Positions 9,623-20,481 of a stretch of DNA of 64,000 bases are shown here, piece by piece. The notes beneath the pieces are model-generated. The model was not told where the DNA came from. It saw only the letters and a list, made by a program, of their open reading frames with translations, and made no database searches. This stretch comes from Acholeplasmataceae bacterium (GTDB lineage: Bacteria > Bacillota_I > Bacilli_A > Acholeplasmatales > Acholeplasmataceae), in assembly GCA_963667565.1 (NCBI GenBank), contig OY763415.1, positions 1,408,001 to 1,472,000 of the forward strand. Direction: 5' to 3'. The position numbers were made by a program, and so were the translations under genes. Position 1 is the stretch's first letter. Each line of letters opens with the position of its first letter.

Positions 9623-11180
9623 TTTGATCTTTTAGTATCTCCTCTAATTTCTTATTTAAATCATATCTCTCAAATAAAACCTCTGCGGTTTCTAACGTCA
9701 CTTCATCAAATGATCCAAAACCCTTTAAAGTTTCAAAATCATCATTTTCAACTTTGATTAAATCTAATATCTTCTTAGATGTTTGAGGAATGAATGGTTT
9801 TAATAATACACCCACAAATCTAATGGTTTCTACTAATTGATATAAAACATAGTCTAATTCAACTTGTTTTGTTTCATCTTTAAATAAAGCCCAAGGTGCT
9901 GCAACGTCAATATATTTATTAGCGTGTCTTGCAAGTTTAACCACTTCTTCTAGCGCATCAGCAACCTTAAGTTCATCCATTAATGTATCCATTTGTGGTA
10001 AAACATCTAATGCCTTATCCTCTAAGTTGAACTCAAAAGGTTCTTTAATACTAACCTTCTTAACGACACCATCACGATATTTTTTTGCCATACCGATGGT
10101 TCTATTCACTAAGTTACCAATGGTATTTGCTAAATCGCTATTATTTCTTTCAATCATAAGTTCATAAGTAATATTACCATCTTGTGCATAAGGTATTTCA
10201 TGAAGAACATAATATCTTACTGCATCGACACCAAAATACTTCACCAAATCATCGGTATACATCACATTACCAACAGATTTACTCATTTTACCCTTATTGA
10301 CTAAAATCCAAGGATGACCAAATATTTGTTTTGGTAATTCCACACCTAAAGCCATTAATATAATTGGCCAATAAATCGTATGGAATCTTAAAATATCTTT
10401 ACCAATTAAATGAACATCTGCTGGCCAATAAGTTTTAAATTGTTCAGTTGCTTCTTGATCTGGATGATATCCTAGTCCTGTTATATAATTACTTAGCGCA
10501 TCTACCCAAACATAAATCACATGCTTATTATCAAAATCAACAGGAATCCCCCATTTAAATGAAGTTCTAGAAACTGATAGATCAGGTAGTGGTTCTTTTA
10601 GAAAGTTTTGAACCATTTCATTTTTTCTAGATTCTGGTTGAATAAAATTGGGATGATCTTCAATATGTTTTAATAATCTTTCTTGATATTTTTCTAGTTT
10701 TAAGAAATATGTTTCTTCAGAAGTCCAAACAAGTTCATCACCACTGGGACCTTTCCCATCAACAATATCTTTTTCAAAAATAAAGGCTTCATCTGCTACA
10801 CTATACCAACCTTCATATTTACCTAAATAAATATCACCTTGATCAAATAGTTTTTTAAAAATAGCTTGTACAGATTTTTCATGATTATCATCAGTTGTTC
10901 TAATGAAATGATCATAACTGACATCTACTTTATCATAAATACGTTTAATTTCTGATGAGATATGATCTGCGTAAGCTTTTGGCGACAATTCATTGATTGC
11001 AGCTTTATTTTCAATTTTTTGTCCATGTTCATCAGTTCCAGTTTGAAAAAACACATCATCACCTTTAGCTCTTCTAAAGCGCACAATGGCGTCTGCTAAA
11101 ATAGCTTCATATACATTTCCAATGTGTGGAATTGCCGAACTGTATGCAATTGCTGTTGTTAAATAAAATTTTTTACTCAT
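9615..11180 (-). CDS. metG: methionyl-tRNA synthetase (short form, no C-terminal tRNA-binding domain)
   Basis: HIGN and KMSKS motifs, GTDEHGQK, IGKDILRFH. Confidence 0.96.
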   Translation of the reverse strand: MSKKFYLTTAIAYSSAIPHIGNVYEAILADAIVRFRRAKGDDVFFQTGTDEHGQKIENKAAINELSPKAYADHISSEIKRIYDKVDVSYDHFIRTTDDNHEKSVQAIFKKLFDQGDIYLGKYEGWYSVADEAFIFEKDIVDGKGPSGDELVWTSEETYFLKLEKYQERLLKHIEDHPNFIQPESRKNEMVQNFLKEPLPDLSVSRTSFKWGIPVDFDNKHVIYVWVDALSNYITGLGYHPDQEATEQFKTYWPADVHLIGKDILRFHTIYWPIILMALGVELPKQIFGHPWILVNKGKMSKSVGNVMYTDDLVKYFGVDAVRYYVLHEIPYAQDGNITYELMIERNNSDLANTIGNLVNRTIGMAKKYRDGVVKKVSIKEPFEFNLEDKALDVLPQMDTLMDELKVADALEEVVKLARHANKYIDVAAPWALFKDETKQVELDYVLYQLVETIRFVGVLLKPFIPQTSKKILDLIKVENDDFETLKGFGSFDEVTLETAEVLFERYDLNKKLEEILKDQNE

Positions 11181-11195
11181 TTTTTATGCCTCCAA

Positions 11196-11425
11196 TTAAA
11201 TAAAAAAAACGTCCTTGAAAAAACTCTAAGGACGAATCATCGCGGTACCACCTTAGTTCTAGACTAAATGGAGTCTAGCACTCAACACTTTAACGCAGCT
11301 GACGTTTCACTCTACATATCGAATGAAAGGCTCGAAAACCATGTTCATATAACCATTGATTCGTTTTCACCACCCACGAATTCTCTGATTTCAACTAGCT
11401 ATATTACTCTTTTTCTCATCGCCGA
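11196..11425 (-). promoter_or_regulatory. T-box riboswitch, Met specifier
   Basis: AAGGTGGTACCGCG T-box at 11254-11241; terminator CGTCCTT..AAGGACG + T-run; AGTA, AG and GNTG boxes; GAAC-ATG specifier at 11342-11340. Confidence 0.92.
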
Positions 11426-11440
11426 TTTAATTTCACTTAT

Positions 11441-11469
11441 ATTATATATAATATCAATCTATTTTACAA
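11441..11469 (-). promoter_or_regulatory. promoter of metG T-box leader
   Basis: TTGTAA-17 nt-TATAAT. Confidence 0.65.
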
Positions 11470-11476
11470 TGTTTTT

Positions 11477-12319
11477 TTAATCAATAATTTTAAATGCTTT
11501 ATAAACTTCATTTTTAGCTATTTTTCTTAAACTTGCTACTTTCTTCATCGCATCTTTTTCATTCAACCCTTGACTCATGAATAATCTGACATGATCACTT
11601 AACGACATATCCTCAAATGTTAGAATTTCATGATTTCCATCAATGATTAAAACATATTCACCTTTGTTTATATGCTCCATGTCGATCGCTTCTGATAGTG
11701 TTGTTCTAATCCATGTTTCAAATGTTTTTGTAAGTTCTCTAGCAATAGCGATTTTTCTATTTCCTAAAACGTCAAATAATACTTTCAATGTATTACTTAT
11801 ACGCATTGGAGATTCATAAATGATGAGTGTTTTATCATCATGAACATAAGATTCTAAAGTCTGTTTTGCATCACTTTTTTTACGCGGTAAAAACCCAATA
11901 AACACATGAGGTTGCATGGACAACCCTGATCCTACTAGTGCCGCTAAAGAAGCGCTTGCTCCGGGGATAGGTACAACATAAAAGGATGCTTCTATCACTT
12001 TTTGAATAAGTAAATATCCAGGATCACTAATGCCCGGTGTACCTGCATCAGTGATGATTGCAAGATGTTTACCTTCATTTAAAAGTTTAATTGCTTCTAA
12101 ACTTTTTTCTTCTTTATTAAATTCATGATAACTTATCATTTGTGTGCTTATATTAAAATGTTTAAGGAGAACCCCTGAATTTCTCGTATCCTCAGCAAAT
12201 ATGTAGTCTACTTCTTTTAAAATCTCAACAGCTCTATAAGTCATATCACTTAAGTTGCCAATCGGTGTTGAGACAACATACAACGTAGGCTTAGGTTCTT
12301 TAAAACTCTTTTGAATCAA
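11477..12319 (-). CDS. rsmI: 16S rRNA (cytidine1402-2'-O)-methyltransferase
   Basis: LYVVSTPIGNLSD, AEDTR, DAGTPGISDPG, YESP, ARELTKTFE. Confidence 0.95.
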   Translation of the reverse strand: MIQKSFKEPKPTLYVVSTPIGNLSDMTYRAVEILKEVDYIFAEDTRNSGVLLKHFNISTQMISYHEFNKEEKSLEAIKLLNEGKHLAIITDAGTPGISDPGYLLIQKVIEASFYVVPIPGASASLAALVGSGLSMQPHVFIGFLPRKKSDAKQTLESYVHDDKTLIIYESPMRISNTLKVLFDVLGNRKIAIARELTKTFETWIRTTLSEAIDMEHINKGEYVLIIDGNHEILTFEDMSLSDHVRLFMSQGLNEKDAMKKVASLRKIAKNEVYKAFKIID

Positions 12320-12726
12320 GATGTAACAATCCTTTTTGCACGTTCTCTTAAGTCTCTTTCGTTATAGACTAAACGAATGATTTGTTTTTTCTTATAGTCA
12401 TCAATATTGAAATGCTCTCTAATATCTTCTAAGAAAAAATGCTCAGCAGTATTATAGAGTTCATCAATCATAGAGGTTTTTATGAGATTAAGGTAGACAA
12501 TGTTTTTAACTGCAACACTAGCTTCAGAAAAAAACTCAATCGTTTCTTTAAGATCTGCACTTAATTTAAATGTGTATTCATTAGCGATATCATCACCAAC
12601 CTCAACAAGCATTGTTTGTAAAAGTCGCTTTTCAATTTCAGATGCTTCACCATCAACTGTGACCATATGCATCGCTAAATCTAAAAATTTTAACTTTTCT
12701 TTTCTTGTCAATAAACTAAGTAACAT
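12316..12726 (-). CDS. TerB-like helical hypothetical protein
   Basis: Two internal repeats resembling TerB (VDGEASEIEKRLL / IDELYNTAEHFFL); overlaps both neighbours. Confidence 0.6.
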   Translation of the reverse strand: MLLSLLTRKEKLKFLDLAMHMVTVDGEASEIEKRLLQTMLVEVGDDIANEYTFKLSADLKETIEFFSEASVAVKNIVYLNLIKTSMIDELYNTAEHFFLEDIREHFNIDDYKKKQIIRLVYNERDLRERAKRIVTS

Positions 12727-13433
12727 TATATGTCTCCTTTAATATATGCATGAAACATATCCGTATGTTCATGCTTGTCTTTGTATAAGATTAGTGGTGG
12801 TTCTAACACCAATGAATCCTTCCCATTTTTAATGCATTGTATTAAAACATGATTTGCTTTTTTATCCAAATAAGGATGTACAAACTTAACTCTCTTTATC
12901 GCGAGTTGATGCTTCTTGCATTCAAAGACGATTTCTGCAAATCGGTCTGCGCGATGCACCATATAAAAATAACCACCAAACTTGAGTTGTTCACTTACTT
13001 TAGCAATGAGTTTTGATAAACTTAATGTCTGTTCGTGTCTTGCAATTTGATCAGACGTTTCTAAACTTAGTTGATCCTCATGCGCTGTCTTAAAAAATGG
13101 TGGGTTACATATAATGCAATCAAGATTTTTAAATGAAGTGTTTAAATAATCACCTAAAATCAATTTGCTTCGATGCTCTAAGTGATTAAGTTCAATATTA
13201 TGTTTTGCCATTTGAAATCTTTCTTCTTGAATTTCAACACCAAAAAGGTTTGCTTTTGTCATCTCACTAGCATATAACAATAAAGCACCATTGCCAGTTC
13301 CAACATCTAATAATGTCTTTAGTCTAGCTGGTAGATTTAAAAACTTAGCTAATAAAACTGTATCCAAATTAAAAGAATGATTTCGTTCTTGGTCAATGTC
13401 TATTTGTGAACCAATCAGTTTTCTTCTGATCAA
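12726..13433 (-). CDS. tRNA1(Val) A37 N6-methyltransferase (YabB/YfiC family)
   Basis: DTVLLA, LDVGTGNG, CNPPFF, ARHE. Confidence 0.88.
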   Translation of the reverse strand: MIRRKLIGSQIDIDQERNHSFNLDTVLLAKFLNLPARLKTLLDVGTGNGALLLYASEMTKANLFGVEIQEERFQMAKHNIELNHLEHRSKLILGDYLNTSFKNLDCIICNPPFFKTAHEDQLSLETSDQIARHEQTLSLSKLIAKVSEQLKFGGYFYMVHRADRFAEIVFECKKHQLAIKRVKFVHPYLDKKANHVLIQCIKNGKDSLVLEPPLILYKDKHEHTDMFHAYIKGDI

Positions 13434-14230
13434 TTTTTTACCCTTTTAATATCATCATTTCCAAACCATTGATCTGGCTCTTCATCTTGATAATGTACTT
13501 TCACTTTTTGGCTTAAAATATTGATATCAATGACTTTTGCTTTACCTTTTGGTGTATCTACAAACTCATTAATATCTGGTAAGATTTCTTTTAATTCTGT
13601 ATAAACATCATCTTCATAACGAATACAGCATAAAAGTTTGCCACAAACGCCTGATATCTTTTGTGGATTAAGTGCTAAATTTTGATTTTTAGCCATTTTG
13701 ATTGATACTGTATCAAACTCTCCAATGAATGTTGTACAGCACAAAATAAGACCACAAGGACCAATGCCACCAATCATTTTTGCAGCATCTCTTGGACCAA
13801 TTTGTCTAAGTTCGATACGTGTATGGAAAATCTTGTTTAAATCTTTAACTAGATTTCTAAAATCAACTCTGTCTTCGGATTCAAAATAGATTAATAATCT
13901 TTTTCTATCTAATGTATATTCAGCACCTAATACTTTCATTTCTAGTTGATTTTCTTTAACAAGTTTCTTAGTTTCATCAACCACTTGACGTTCTAATGAA
14001 ATATTATATGCTTCTGATTCTATGTCTGCTAAAGTCGCTACTCTTAAGATAGGTTTAAGTTCACTGACTAATTCAGTTTCTTCGATATCTTTAAGTGTAT
14101 ATACAGTTCCTATTTCAATGCCTCTTGATGTTTCTACTACCACTTGTTGGTTTTGAATCAAGTCAAGGTCTTTATATGAAAAATGGTATTTCTTTCCAGC
14201 TTCTTTAAATTTGATTAAAGCAACCTGCAT
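13430..14230 (-). CDS. ricT: PSP1-domain Fe-S protein RicT (YaaT)
   Basis: RVDFRNLVK, RIELRQIGPRD, GGIGPCGLILCC, SGVCGKLLCCIRYE. Confidence 0.93.
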   Translation of the reverse strand: MQVALIKFKEAGKKYHFSYKDLDLIQNQQVVVETSRGIEIGTVYTLKDIEETELVSELKPILRVATLADIESEAYNISLERQVVDETKKLVKENQLEMKVLGAEYTLDRKRLLIYFESEDRVDFRNLVKDLNKIFHTRIELRQIGPRDAAKMIGGIGPCGLILCCTTFIGEFDTVSIKMAKNQNLALNPQKISGVCGKLLCCIRYEDDVYTELKEILPDINEFVDTPKGKAKVIDINILSQKVKVHYQDEEPDQWFGNDDIKRVKN

Positions 14231-14234
14231 GTTG

Positions 14235-15185
14235 TCACCTCTTCTTTTCTAAGATATATGCGAGTTCATCTAGCGCAAGTTCTAGATTGATATAATAGTT
14301 TTGTTTTTGATAAATCTCTTGCATTTCTTCAATTAAGTCTTGGATTTCAAAGACATCCATTTGATCGCTTTGTTCTAAGATGTTTTCTCTTAAAAACTCA
14401 AAAGCGATACTTTGATTTGAACGATAATGAATCAAATCCATAAAATATAAAATTAAACATTCCATGAATTGTGTAAACAACATACGTTCTTGAAATAAAA
14501 ATCTTCCATATTTCGAAAAATATATCGGATAAATCACATCTCTATTTTTCCAGTTATTGGAAATGGCGATGATAAATTCAATCATTTGATTCATATTAGG
14601 ATCGCTTGCTAATAAAATCGCATCATCTAAATCCTTAGTAATATATGGCAAGATGGTTGCTTTTTCTTCTGAGACACCTTCTGACATCAATTGTTCTTTT
14701 AATTGAATTTCATCCATACTATTCAAATGAATAATTTGTGATCTTGATTTAATAGTTAAAATCACATCATCAAGATTTTCTGTTAATAAAAAACCTGTAA
14801 CTTGATGACTTGATGGTTCTTCCATAAATTTAAGCAAGGAATTTGAAGCACTTTGATTCATGCGTTCAACATTTTTAATGACATAAACTCTAGGTCCACT
14901 GACGAGTGCTGTTTTAGAAAACTCTGCTTGTAATTCTAAGATTTGTTCTTTCTTAATATTTAATCCACTAGGTTCAATGATCATTAAATTCGATAATGTT
15001 TGTGCATGAATCTGATGTCTTAACAATGTGTTTTCTTCTATACTCGATTGTTCATTAAAAATAAGATAGCAAATCTCTTCTACAAGTTTTGATTTTCCAC
15101 TACCTTTTGGCCCACTAATGATATATAAATGTGCTAAGCGGTTCTTTTTAATCGCTTGTTCAAAAAAGGTTAGCGCTTGACTCAT
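14235..15185 (-). CDS. holB: DNA polymerase III delta' subunit
   Basis: AHLYIISGPKGSGK, ASNSLLKFMEEP, TIKSRSQ; position after tmk. Confidence 0.88.
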   Translation of the reverse strand: MSQALTFFEQAIKKNRLAHLYIISGPKGSGKSKLVEEICYLIFNEQSSIEENTLLRHQIHAQTLSNLMIIEPSGLNIKKEQILELQAEFSKTALVSGPRVYVIKNVERMNQSASNSLLKFMEEPSSHQVTGFLLTENLDDVILTIKSRSQIIHLNSMDEIQLKEQLMSEGVSEEKATILPYITKDLDDAILLASDPNMNQMIEFIIAISNNWKNRDVIYPIYFSKYGRFLFQERMLFTQFMECLILYFMDLIHYRSNQSIAFEFLRENILEQSDQMDVFEIQDLIEEMQEIYQKQNYYINLELALDELAYILEKKR

Positions 15186-15781
15186 AGTTTATCCTTAATG
15201 ATTTTAATAATATCTTGATAAATTTCATCTAATGAGCGATTCCCATCAATCAAAACAACACGATTCGGATATCTTTTAACAATCTCAAAATAGCCTTGTC
15301 TTACCTTATGGTGAAAATCAATAGATTCTTGATCTAATCGATCAAACTTATCTCTGTGATGAATTCGTGATAATCCAACTTTAGGGTCTACGTCAATATA
15401 AAATGTCAAATCAGGCATATGCAACGTTGCATAGTGATTAATATTTAATACAAACTCAAAACCAAGATCTCTAGCATATGCTTGATATGCTAATGAACTA
15501 TCTAAATATCTGTCACATAAAACAATTTTTTTAGCATCTAAAGCAGGAATGATCACTTCATCTAAATGTTGTGCTCTGGATGCTGCATATAAAAGAGCTT
15601 CCGTGTAAGGTGTAACACCTTCATATTTGGGATTTAAAACCACATCTCTAATAGCTTCTGCAACCATTGAACCACCTGGTTCTCTAGTAGCAACAATATC
15701 ATATGAAGACAAAGCTTTTTTAATGTGTTCTATAAGTGAAGTTTTTCCAGATCCTTCTCCACCTTCAAATGTAATAAACAT
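15182..15781 (-). CDS. tmk: thymidylate kinase
   Basis: FITFEGGEGSGKT, TREPGG, LCDRYLDSSLAYQ. Confidence 0.96.
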   Translation of the reverse strand: MFITFEGGEGSGKTSLIEHIKKALSSYDIVATREPGGSMVAEAIRDVVLNPKYEGVTPYTEALLYAASRAQHLDEVIIPALDAKKIVLCDRYLDSSLAYQAYARDLGFEFVLNINHYATLHMPDLTFYIDVDPKVGLSRIHHRDKFDRLDQESIDFHHKVRQGYFEIVKRYPNRVVLIDGNRSLDEIYQDIIKIIKDKL

Positions 15782-15813
15782 AGTTTATACGCTCCTTTTA
15801 TCATATTATACCA

Positions 15814-16527
15814 TTACTTATAATATACTCGTAATAGATAAAGTCCTCTGGCTTCTGCTGTTTTTCCAGCTAAAGCTCGATTTTGTGTTGCAAGTATTTC
15901 TTTGATCACATCGGGTTCTTTTTTATGTAATCCAATTTCGATTAATGTACCCATCATGGATCTAACCATATATTTTAAGAAACTATTTGCATGAAATGTA
16001 AATACATAATGATCCTTTGTTTCCTTAAAATCAATATCATACATATGTTTTATAGTGGGTTTGCCTTTAACATGTTGACAAAACCCTTTATAGTCATGTG
16101 TACCCATAAAATATGGATACGCTTCTAACATAGGTTTAATATCTAAGTTTCTGATATAGACTTCGTAATTTTTCTTAAAAACGGAACTTGGTTTTTTTGC
16201 TAATACATATTTATATTTTTTAGATTTCACACTATGTCTTGCGTGAAAATCATCTTTTACTTTTTTGACACTTTTTATTCTAATATCCAAGGGTAGGCGA
16301 TCGTTAACTCTTAACCAATCTATATCTAAATCACTATCGAAATGAAACGGTTGATTTATCGCATGAACACCTTTATCAGTTCTTCCTGATGCATGAATTC
16401 TAATCTCTGTTTGTGTCATCAGTCTTAATGATTTTTCAATGACATCTTGTATACCAACAGCATTTGATTGACTTTGAAATCCACTATAATTCGTTCCATC
16501 ATAGCTTACAATTGCTAAATATCTCAT
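15814..16527 (-). CDS. truA: tRNA pseudouridine(38-40) synthase
   Basis: YDGTNYSGFQ, SGRTDKGVHA, FLKYMVR. Confidence 0.96.
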   Translation of the reverse strand: MRYLAIVSYDGTNYSGFQSQSNAVGIQDVIEKSLRLMTQTEIRIHASGRTDKGVHAINQPFHFDSDLDIDWLRVNDRLPLDIRIKSVKKVKDDFHARHSVKSKKYKYVLAKKPSSVFKKNYEVYIRNLDIKPMLEAYPYFMGTHDYKGFCQHVKGKPTIKHMYDIDFKETKDHYVFTFHANSFLKYMVRSMMGTLIEIGLHKKEPDVIKEILATQNRALAGKTAEARGLYLLRVYYK

Positions 16528-17510
16528 ACGGTAACCTTAATGTAGATGATGAGCCCTAAAATCAACAAACTGCAAAAAGCAGCAAAATAATCACTAAATC
16601 CCATTTTATATTGATCAATCTTAGTTCTTTTAGCACCAATCACATAACCTTTAACTTCCATCGCGTTTGCTAAATCTTCAGAACGATTGAATGAAATGAC
16701 AAATACTGGAATTAAAAGAGAGATGATTTGCATAATTTTTTCTCTTAAAGTTGATTCATTGAAGTCAACACCACGAGAAGCTTGTGCCTTCATGATCTTT
16801 TCAGTTTCAATAAGAAGTGTTGGAATGTATCTTAGTGTAAGTGATAATAACATAGCAAATATATCCACTGGAACTTTAATCACTTTCAATGGTTTTAATA
16901 ATGCTTCAACTGCATAATTCAAATCAGTTGTCATGGTAGTAAATGTTAATAGTGAAGTCGTAATAATGATGGTTGTGATTCTTATAAATATAAATCCTGA
17001 ACGTAATAAACCCTCATCGTAGATTTCTAATTGATAACTTGATAGCTCAATGTATGGTAATACCGCTTGAACATAAAAAGCTAGGAAAACTGCTAGAATA
17101 AAATAAAGTGTTCTAAATTTAATATACTTTTTTGTCATTTGATAAAAAACAATGATGAATATGATTGCTGCAATGCTTGCTACAGATATACTCATATCAA
17201 TAGGTTGTGCTGTAATCATCGTACCTTGTTTGACACTAAAGAGTTGAATGATAAATGTAAACATTAACAAGACAATAATTGATCTAAGACCTCTTAACAT
17301 CTTTAAAACAGATATTTTCGCACTCATTGTTAATATCAATGTGCCAACAAATAAAAGTCCTATACCAATAAATGCTAATGTATTAACTTTTAATGGAACC
17401 AAAAAGATAGCTACCAAATAGATAACGACAGCAATCAATTTTATTCTTGGATCTAATTTATGAAGCCAAGAATCACCAGGAATATACTGACCAATCATCA
17501 TTTGATTCAT
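16524..17510 (-). CDS. ecfT: ECF transporter transmembrane component T
   Basis: LHKLDPRIK, LRYIPTL, KAQASRG, LANAMEVKGY. Confidence 0.93.
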   Translation of the reverse strand: MNQMMIGQYIPGDSWLHKLDPRIKLIAVVIYLVAIFLVPLKVNTLAFIGIGLLFVGTLILTMSAKISVLKMLRGLRSIIVLLMFTFIIQLFSVKQGTMITAQPIDMSISVASIAAIIFIIVFYQMTKKYIKFRTLYFILAVFLAFYVQAVLPYIELSSYQLEIYDEGLLRSGFIFIRITTIIITTSLLTFTTMTTDLNYAVEALLKPLKVIKVPVDIFAMLLSLTLRYIPTLLIETEKIMKAQASRGVDFNESTLREKIMQIISLLIPVFVISFNRSEDLANAMEVKGYVIGAKRTKIDQYKMGFSDYFAAFCSLLILGLIIYIKVTV

Positions 17511-18352
17511 AGCTTCACCTCCTTAAGATATTGATATAAACTATCAAAATCATAAAAAGGTTTATAAGGTATATTAAGTGTTTTTTCTAGATGCTTCATA
17601 ATCTTAAGCGGTGTTGGTAATTCCAAATGGAAAGACTCAAAATGTTCATCTTTAAATAAATCTTCTTTTTTTCCATCGAATACAACATGTCCTTGATCTA
17701 GAACAATCACTCTTTTTGCATATTCGCTCACGATATCCATATCATGAGTAATCAGTATGATTGATTGGTTTTTTGATTGATGCAAATCAACAAAGATATC
17801 CATCAAATCAATTTTTCCTCTAGGATCTAGACCTCTTGTCGGTTCATCAAGAACAAGCACTTTGGGTTCCATGGCTAAAATACCAGCTACAGCAACTCTT
17901 CTCATTTGCCCACCGCTGATTCTAAATGGTGATTGTTCAAACAATGCATCATCAATACCTACTGTGTGTGCAGCAGTGATTGCTTTTAAGCGAGCTTCTT
18001 CTTCTGATATCTTAAAGTTTTTAGGTCCAAACATAATATCTTTAATAATTGATTCTTCAAATAGTTGATATTCTGGAAACTGAAAAACAAGACCAACTTC
18101 TTTTCTTAAATGGTTAATCTTTTCTTTTTTCTTAGGCGGAAGCTTTTGGTCAAAGACAATGACTTCTCCTGATGTAGGAAGTAAAAGTGCATTCATATGC
18201 TGAACAAGAGTTGATTTTCCAGAACCTGTATGTCCCACGATTGCAACAAACTCGCCTTCGGCTTCTATATTTAATTGAATATCTTCAAGTGCGATATAAG
18301 ATGTCTTGATCCCTTTATACTTATAGCCTACTTGGTTGAATTGAATGCCCAT
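17507..18352 (-). CDS. ecfA2: ECF transporter ATPase A2
   Basis: GHTGSGKST, VFQFPEYQLF, SGGQMRRVAVAG. Confidence 0.94.
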   Translation of the reverse strand: MGIQFNQVGYKYKGIKTSYIALEDIQLNIEAEGEFVAIVGHTGSGKSTLVQHMNALLLPTSGEVIVFDQKLPPKKKEKINHLRKEVGLVFQFPEYQLFEESIIKDIMFGPKNFKISEEEARLKAITAAHTVGIDDALFEQSPFRISGGQMRRVAVAGILAMEPKVLVLDEPTRGLDPRGKIDLMDIFVDLHQSKNQSIILITHDMDIVSEYAKRVIVLDQGHVVFDGKKEDLFKDEHFESFHLELPTPLKIMKHLEKTLNIPYKPFYDFDSLYQYLKEVKL

Positions 18353-19131
18353 AGTGCCTCCGTAATTTTAGGATCAATCGCATCATCTTTAGATGCTCTT
18401 GTATATAATTTAACTTCAAAAGGTAATTCTAAATGTGATGATTTAAGTTTTTCTTCCTCCTTAAATACATCACTAGGCTTACCTTGTAAAATGATCTCTC
18501 CATTTTTTAATACAATGAGTTCATCAGAATCAGCAGCAAAAGATAAATCGTGTGTAATCGTGATGATTGTTTTATTCATTGTTTTATTTAGTTTTGTAAT
18601 CAGTTCAATGATTTCTTGTGTGCCTTCAGGGTCTAACATAGAAGTTGCTTCATCAAGTATTAAGATGTCTTGTTCCATAGCAAGTGCTCCAGCGATTGCC
18701 ACTCTTTGTTTTTGTCCACCTGAGAGTTGATGGGGTTCTTTACTTAAAAAGTCTTCCATACCCACTAAACTTGCATAATGAAGAACACGTGCTTCCATTT
18801 CTCTTGGATCTAAGCATTGATTTTCTAAACCAAAAGCAATGTCATGTCTGACTGTGACACCTACAAATTGATTATCGGGGTTTTGAAAAACAATACCTAT
18901 TTTTTTTCGTAATTGATTAAGGTTTTCTTCATTTAATAAAAGTCCATCAATTAAAACCTCTCCACTTGCTGGTTCAAGAAGTCCCACTAAACATTTTGAT
19001 AATGTTGATTTCCCAGAACCATTATGACCTAAAATAGAGACCCAAGATCCCTTTTTAATATCTAAATTTATATTTTTAAGCGCTTCAGTTTTTCCATCAT
19101 AAGAAAAACTTAAATTGCGTATATTAAGCAT
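18328..19131 (-). CDS. ecfA1: ECF transporter ATPase A1
   Basis: GHNGSGKST, VFQNPDNQFVG, LSGGQKQRVAIAG, DEATSMLDP. Confidence 0.94.
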   Translation of the reverse strand: MLNIRNLSFSYDGKTEALKNINLDIKKGSWVSILGHNGSGKSTLSKCLVGLLEPASGEVLIDGLLLNEENLNQLRKKIGIVFQNPDNQFVGVTVRHDIAFGLENQCLDPREMEARVLHYASLVGMEDFLSKEPHQLSGGQKQRVAIAGALAMEQDILILDEATSMLDPEGTQEIIELITKLNKTMNKTIITITHDLSFAADSDELIVLKNGEIILQGKPSDVFKEEEKLKSSHLELPFEVKLYTRASKDDAIDPKITEALWAFNSTK

Positions 19132-19289
19132 GGTACTTCACCTACAATTCATCTATAACATTATATCACGCTTCTACTTCAATATAAAGCATTTATCATC
19201 AATATAAAATGTACTGATTTTTGTAAAATACTTTGATTTTTTATAAATTTTATTTATAATAGTCTTGTTACTGAAAGGAATTAATAATT

Positions 19290-19601
19290 ATGATTACACA
19301 TTTAACTAAAGAAAATTTTGATCAAATTGTATTAAAAAGTGAAGTCCCAGTCTTAGTTGATTTTTGGGCAGCATGGTGTGGACCATGTAAAAGAATTGCA
19401 CCTATCTTAGAAGAATTATCTGAAGAGATTGAAGGACAAGCAATTATTGCAAAACTTGAAGTGGATGATGAACCTGAAATTGCTGATGCATATGAAATCA
19501 TGAGCATACCAACAATCATCATTTTTAAAGATGGACAAATCGTTAAACAACTTATCGGATTACATGCAAAAGACGCTTTGAAAGCTCATTTAGGATTATG
19601 A
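19290..19601 (+). CDS. trxA: thioredoxin
   Basis: [16 protein letters not shown]. Confidence 0.96.
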   Translation: MITHLTKENFDQIVLKSEVPVLVDFWAAWCGPCKRIAPILEELSEEIEGQAIIAKLEVDDEPEIADAYEIMSIPTIIIFKDGQIVKQLIGLHAKDALKAHLGL

Positions 19602-20461
19602 AAAAAGTCGTCATCATAGGCCATGGACCTGCAGGAATTTCTGCAGCCATCTATCTAAAAAGATCAGGCATTGACCCTATCGTTATTGGAAAAGACTATG
19701 GGTCTTTTACTTATGATGAAATTCACATTGAAAATTATTATGGCTTTACTGAACCAATATCCGGCAAAGATTTAGTCGATCAAGGTATTGGGCAAGCAAA
19801 AAGATTAGGTATTGAAATCATCAATGATTCTGTCCTTGATCTAAAGATTAATATTGATGATACTTTTGAGATTGTAACACTTAAGCAAACTTTAAATGCT
19901 GAAGTGGTATTGCTTGCTACAGGGAAACAAAGATTAACACTTAACATTCCAGGCTTTAACAAGTTTAGAGGAAAAGGTATTAGTTTTTGTGCCACTTGTG
20001 ATGGTTACTTTTATCGTAAGAAAAAACTTGCTTTAATTGGTTGCGGTCCTTATATGCAACAAGAATTAAAAGAGTTAGAAAACCTCACGTCAGATATAAC
20101 TATTTTCACAGATGGAAAAACCTTAGAACAAAAGGCATCATATCCTGTTGTAACTGATAAAATCACTTCTTTTCTGGGTGAAACCAAGTTAACTTCTATC
20201 CAAACAGAGAACAATGTTTATGACACAGAAGGTGTATTTGTAGCCATTGGAACGCCAAGTTCCATTGACTTCGCTCAAAAATTAGGTGTCATTGTTGACA
20301 AAAATAGTCTTGTTGTCAATGAATCTTATCAAACAAATATTGACGGTTTGTTTGCTGCTGGTGATGTTGTTGGTGGTAAACTACAAATTGCAAAAGCTGT
20401 TTATGATGGCATGATGGTTGCTGATTCTATCCATCATTATTTAAAAAATAAAAAAGCATGA
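19598..20461 (+). CDS. trxB: thioredoxin reductase-like flavoprotein
   Basis: GHGPAG FAD motif, [10 protein letters not shown] redox CxxC, FAAGDV; ATGA-coupled to trxA; NADPH motifs degenerate. Confidence 0.85.
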   Translation: MKKVVIIGHGPAGISAAIYLKRSGIDPIVIGKDYGSFTYDEIHIENYYGFTEPISGKDLVDQGIGQAKRLGIEIINDSVLDLKINIDDTFEIVTLKQTLNAEVVLLATGKQRLTLNIPGFNKFRGKGISFCATCDGYFYRKKKLALIGCGPYMQQELKELENLTSDITIFTDGKTLEQKASYPVVTDKITSFLGETKLTSIQTENNVYDTEGVFVAIGTPSSIDFAQKLGVIVDKNSLVVNESYQTNIDGLFAAGDVVGGKLQIAKAVYDGMMVADSIHHYLKNKKA

Positions 20462-20476
20462 AATCATGCTTTTTTT
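20450..20476. terminator. bidirectional terminator
   Basis: AAAAAAGCATG-AAAT-CATGCTTTTTT. Confidence 0.75.
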
Positions 20477-20481
20477 GTTGT

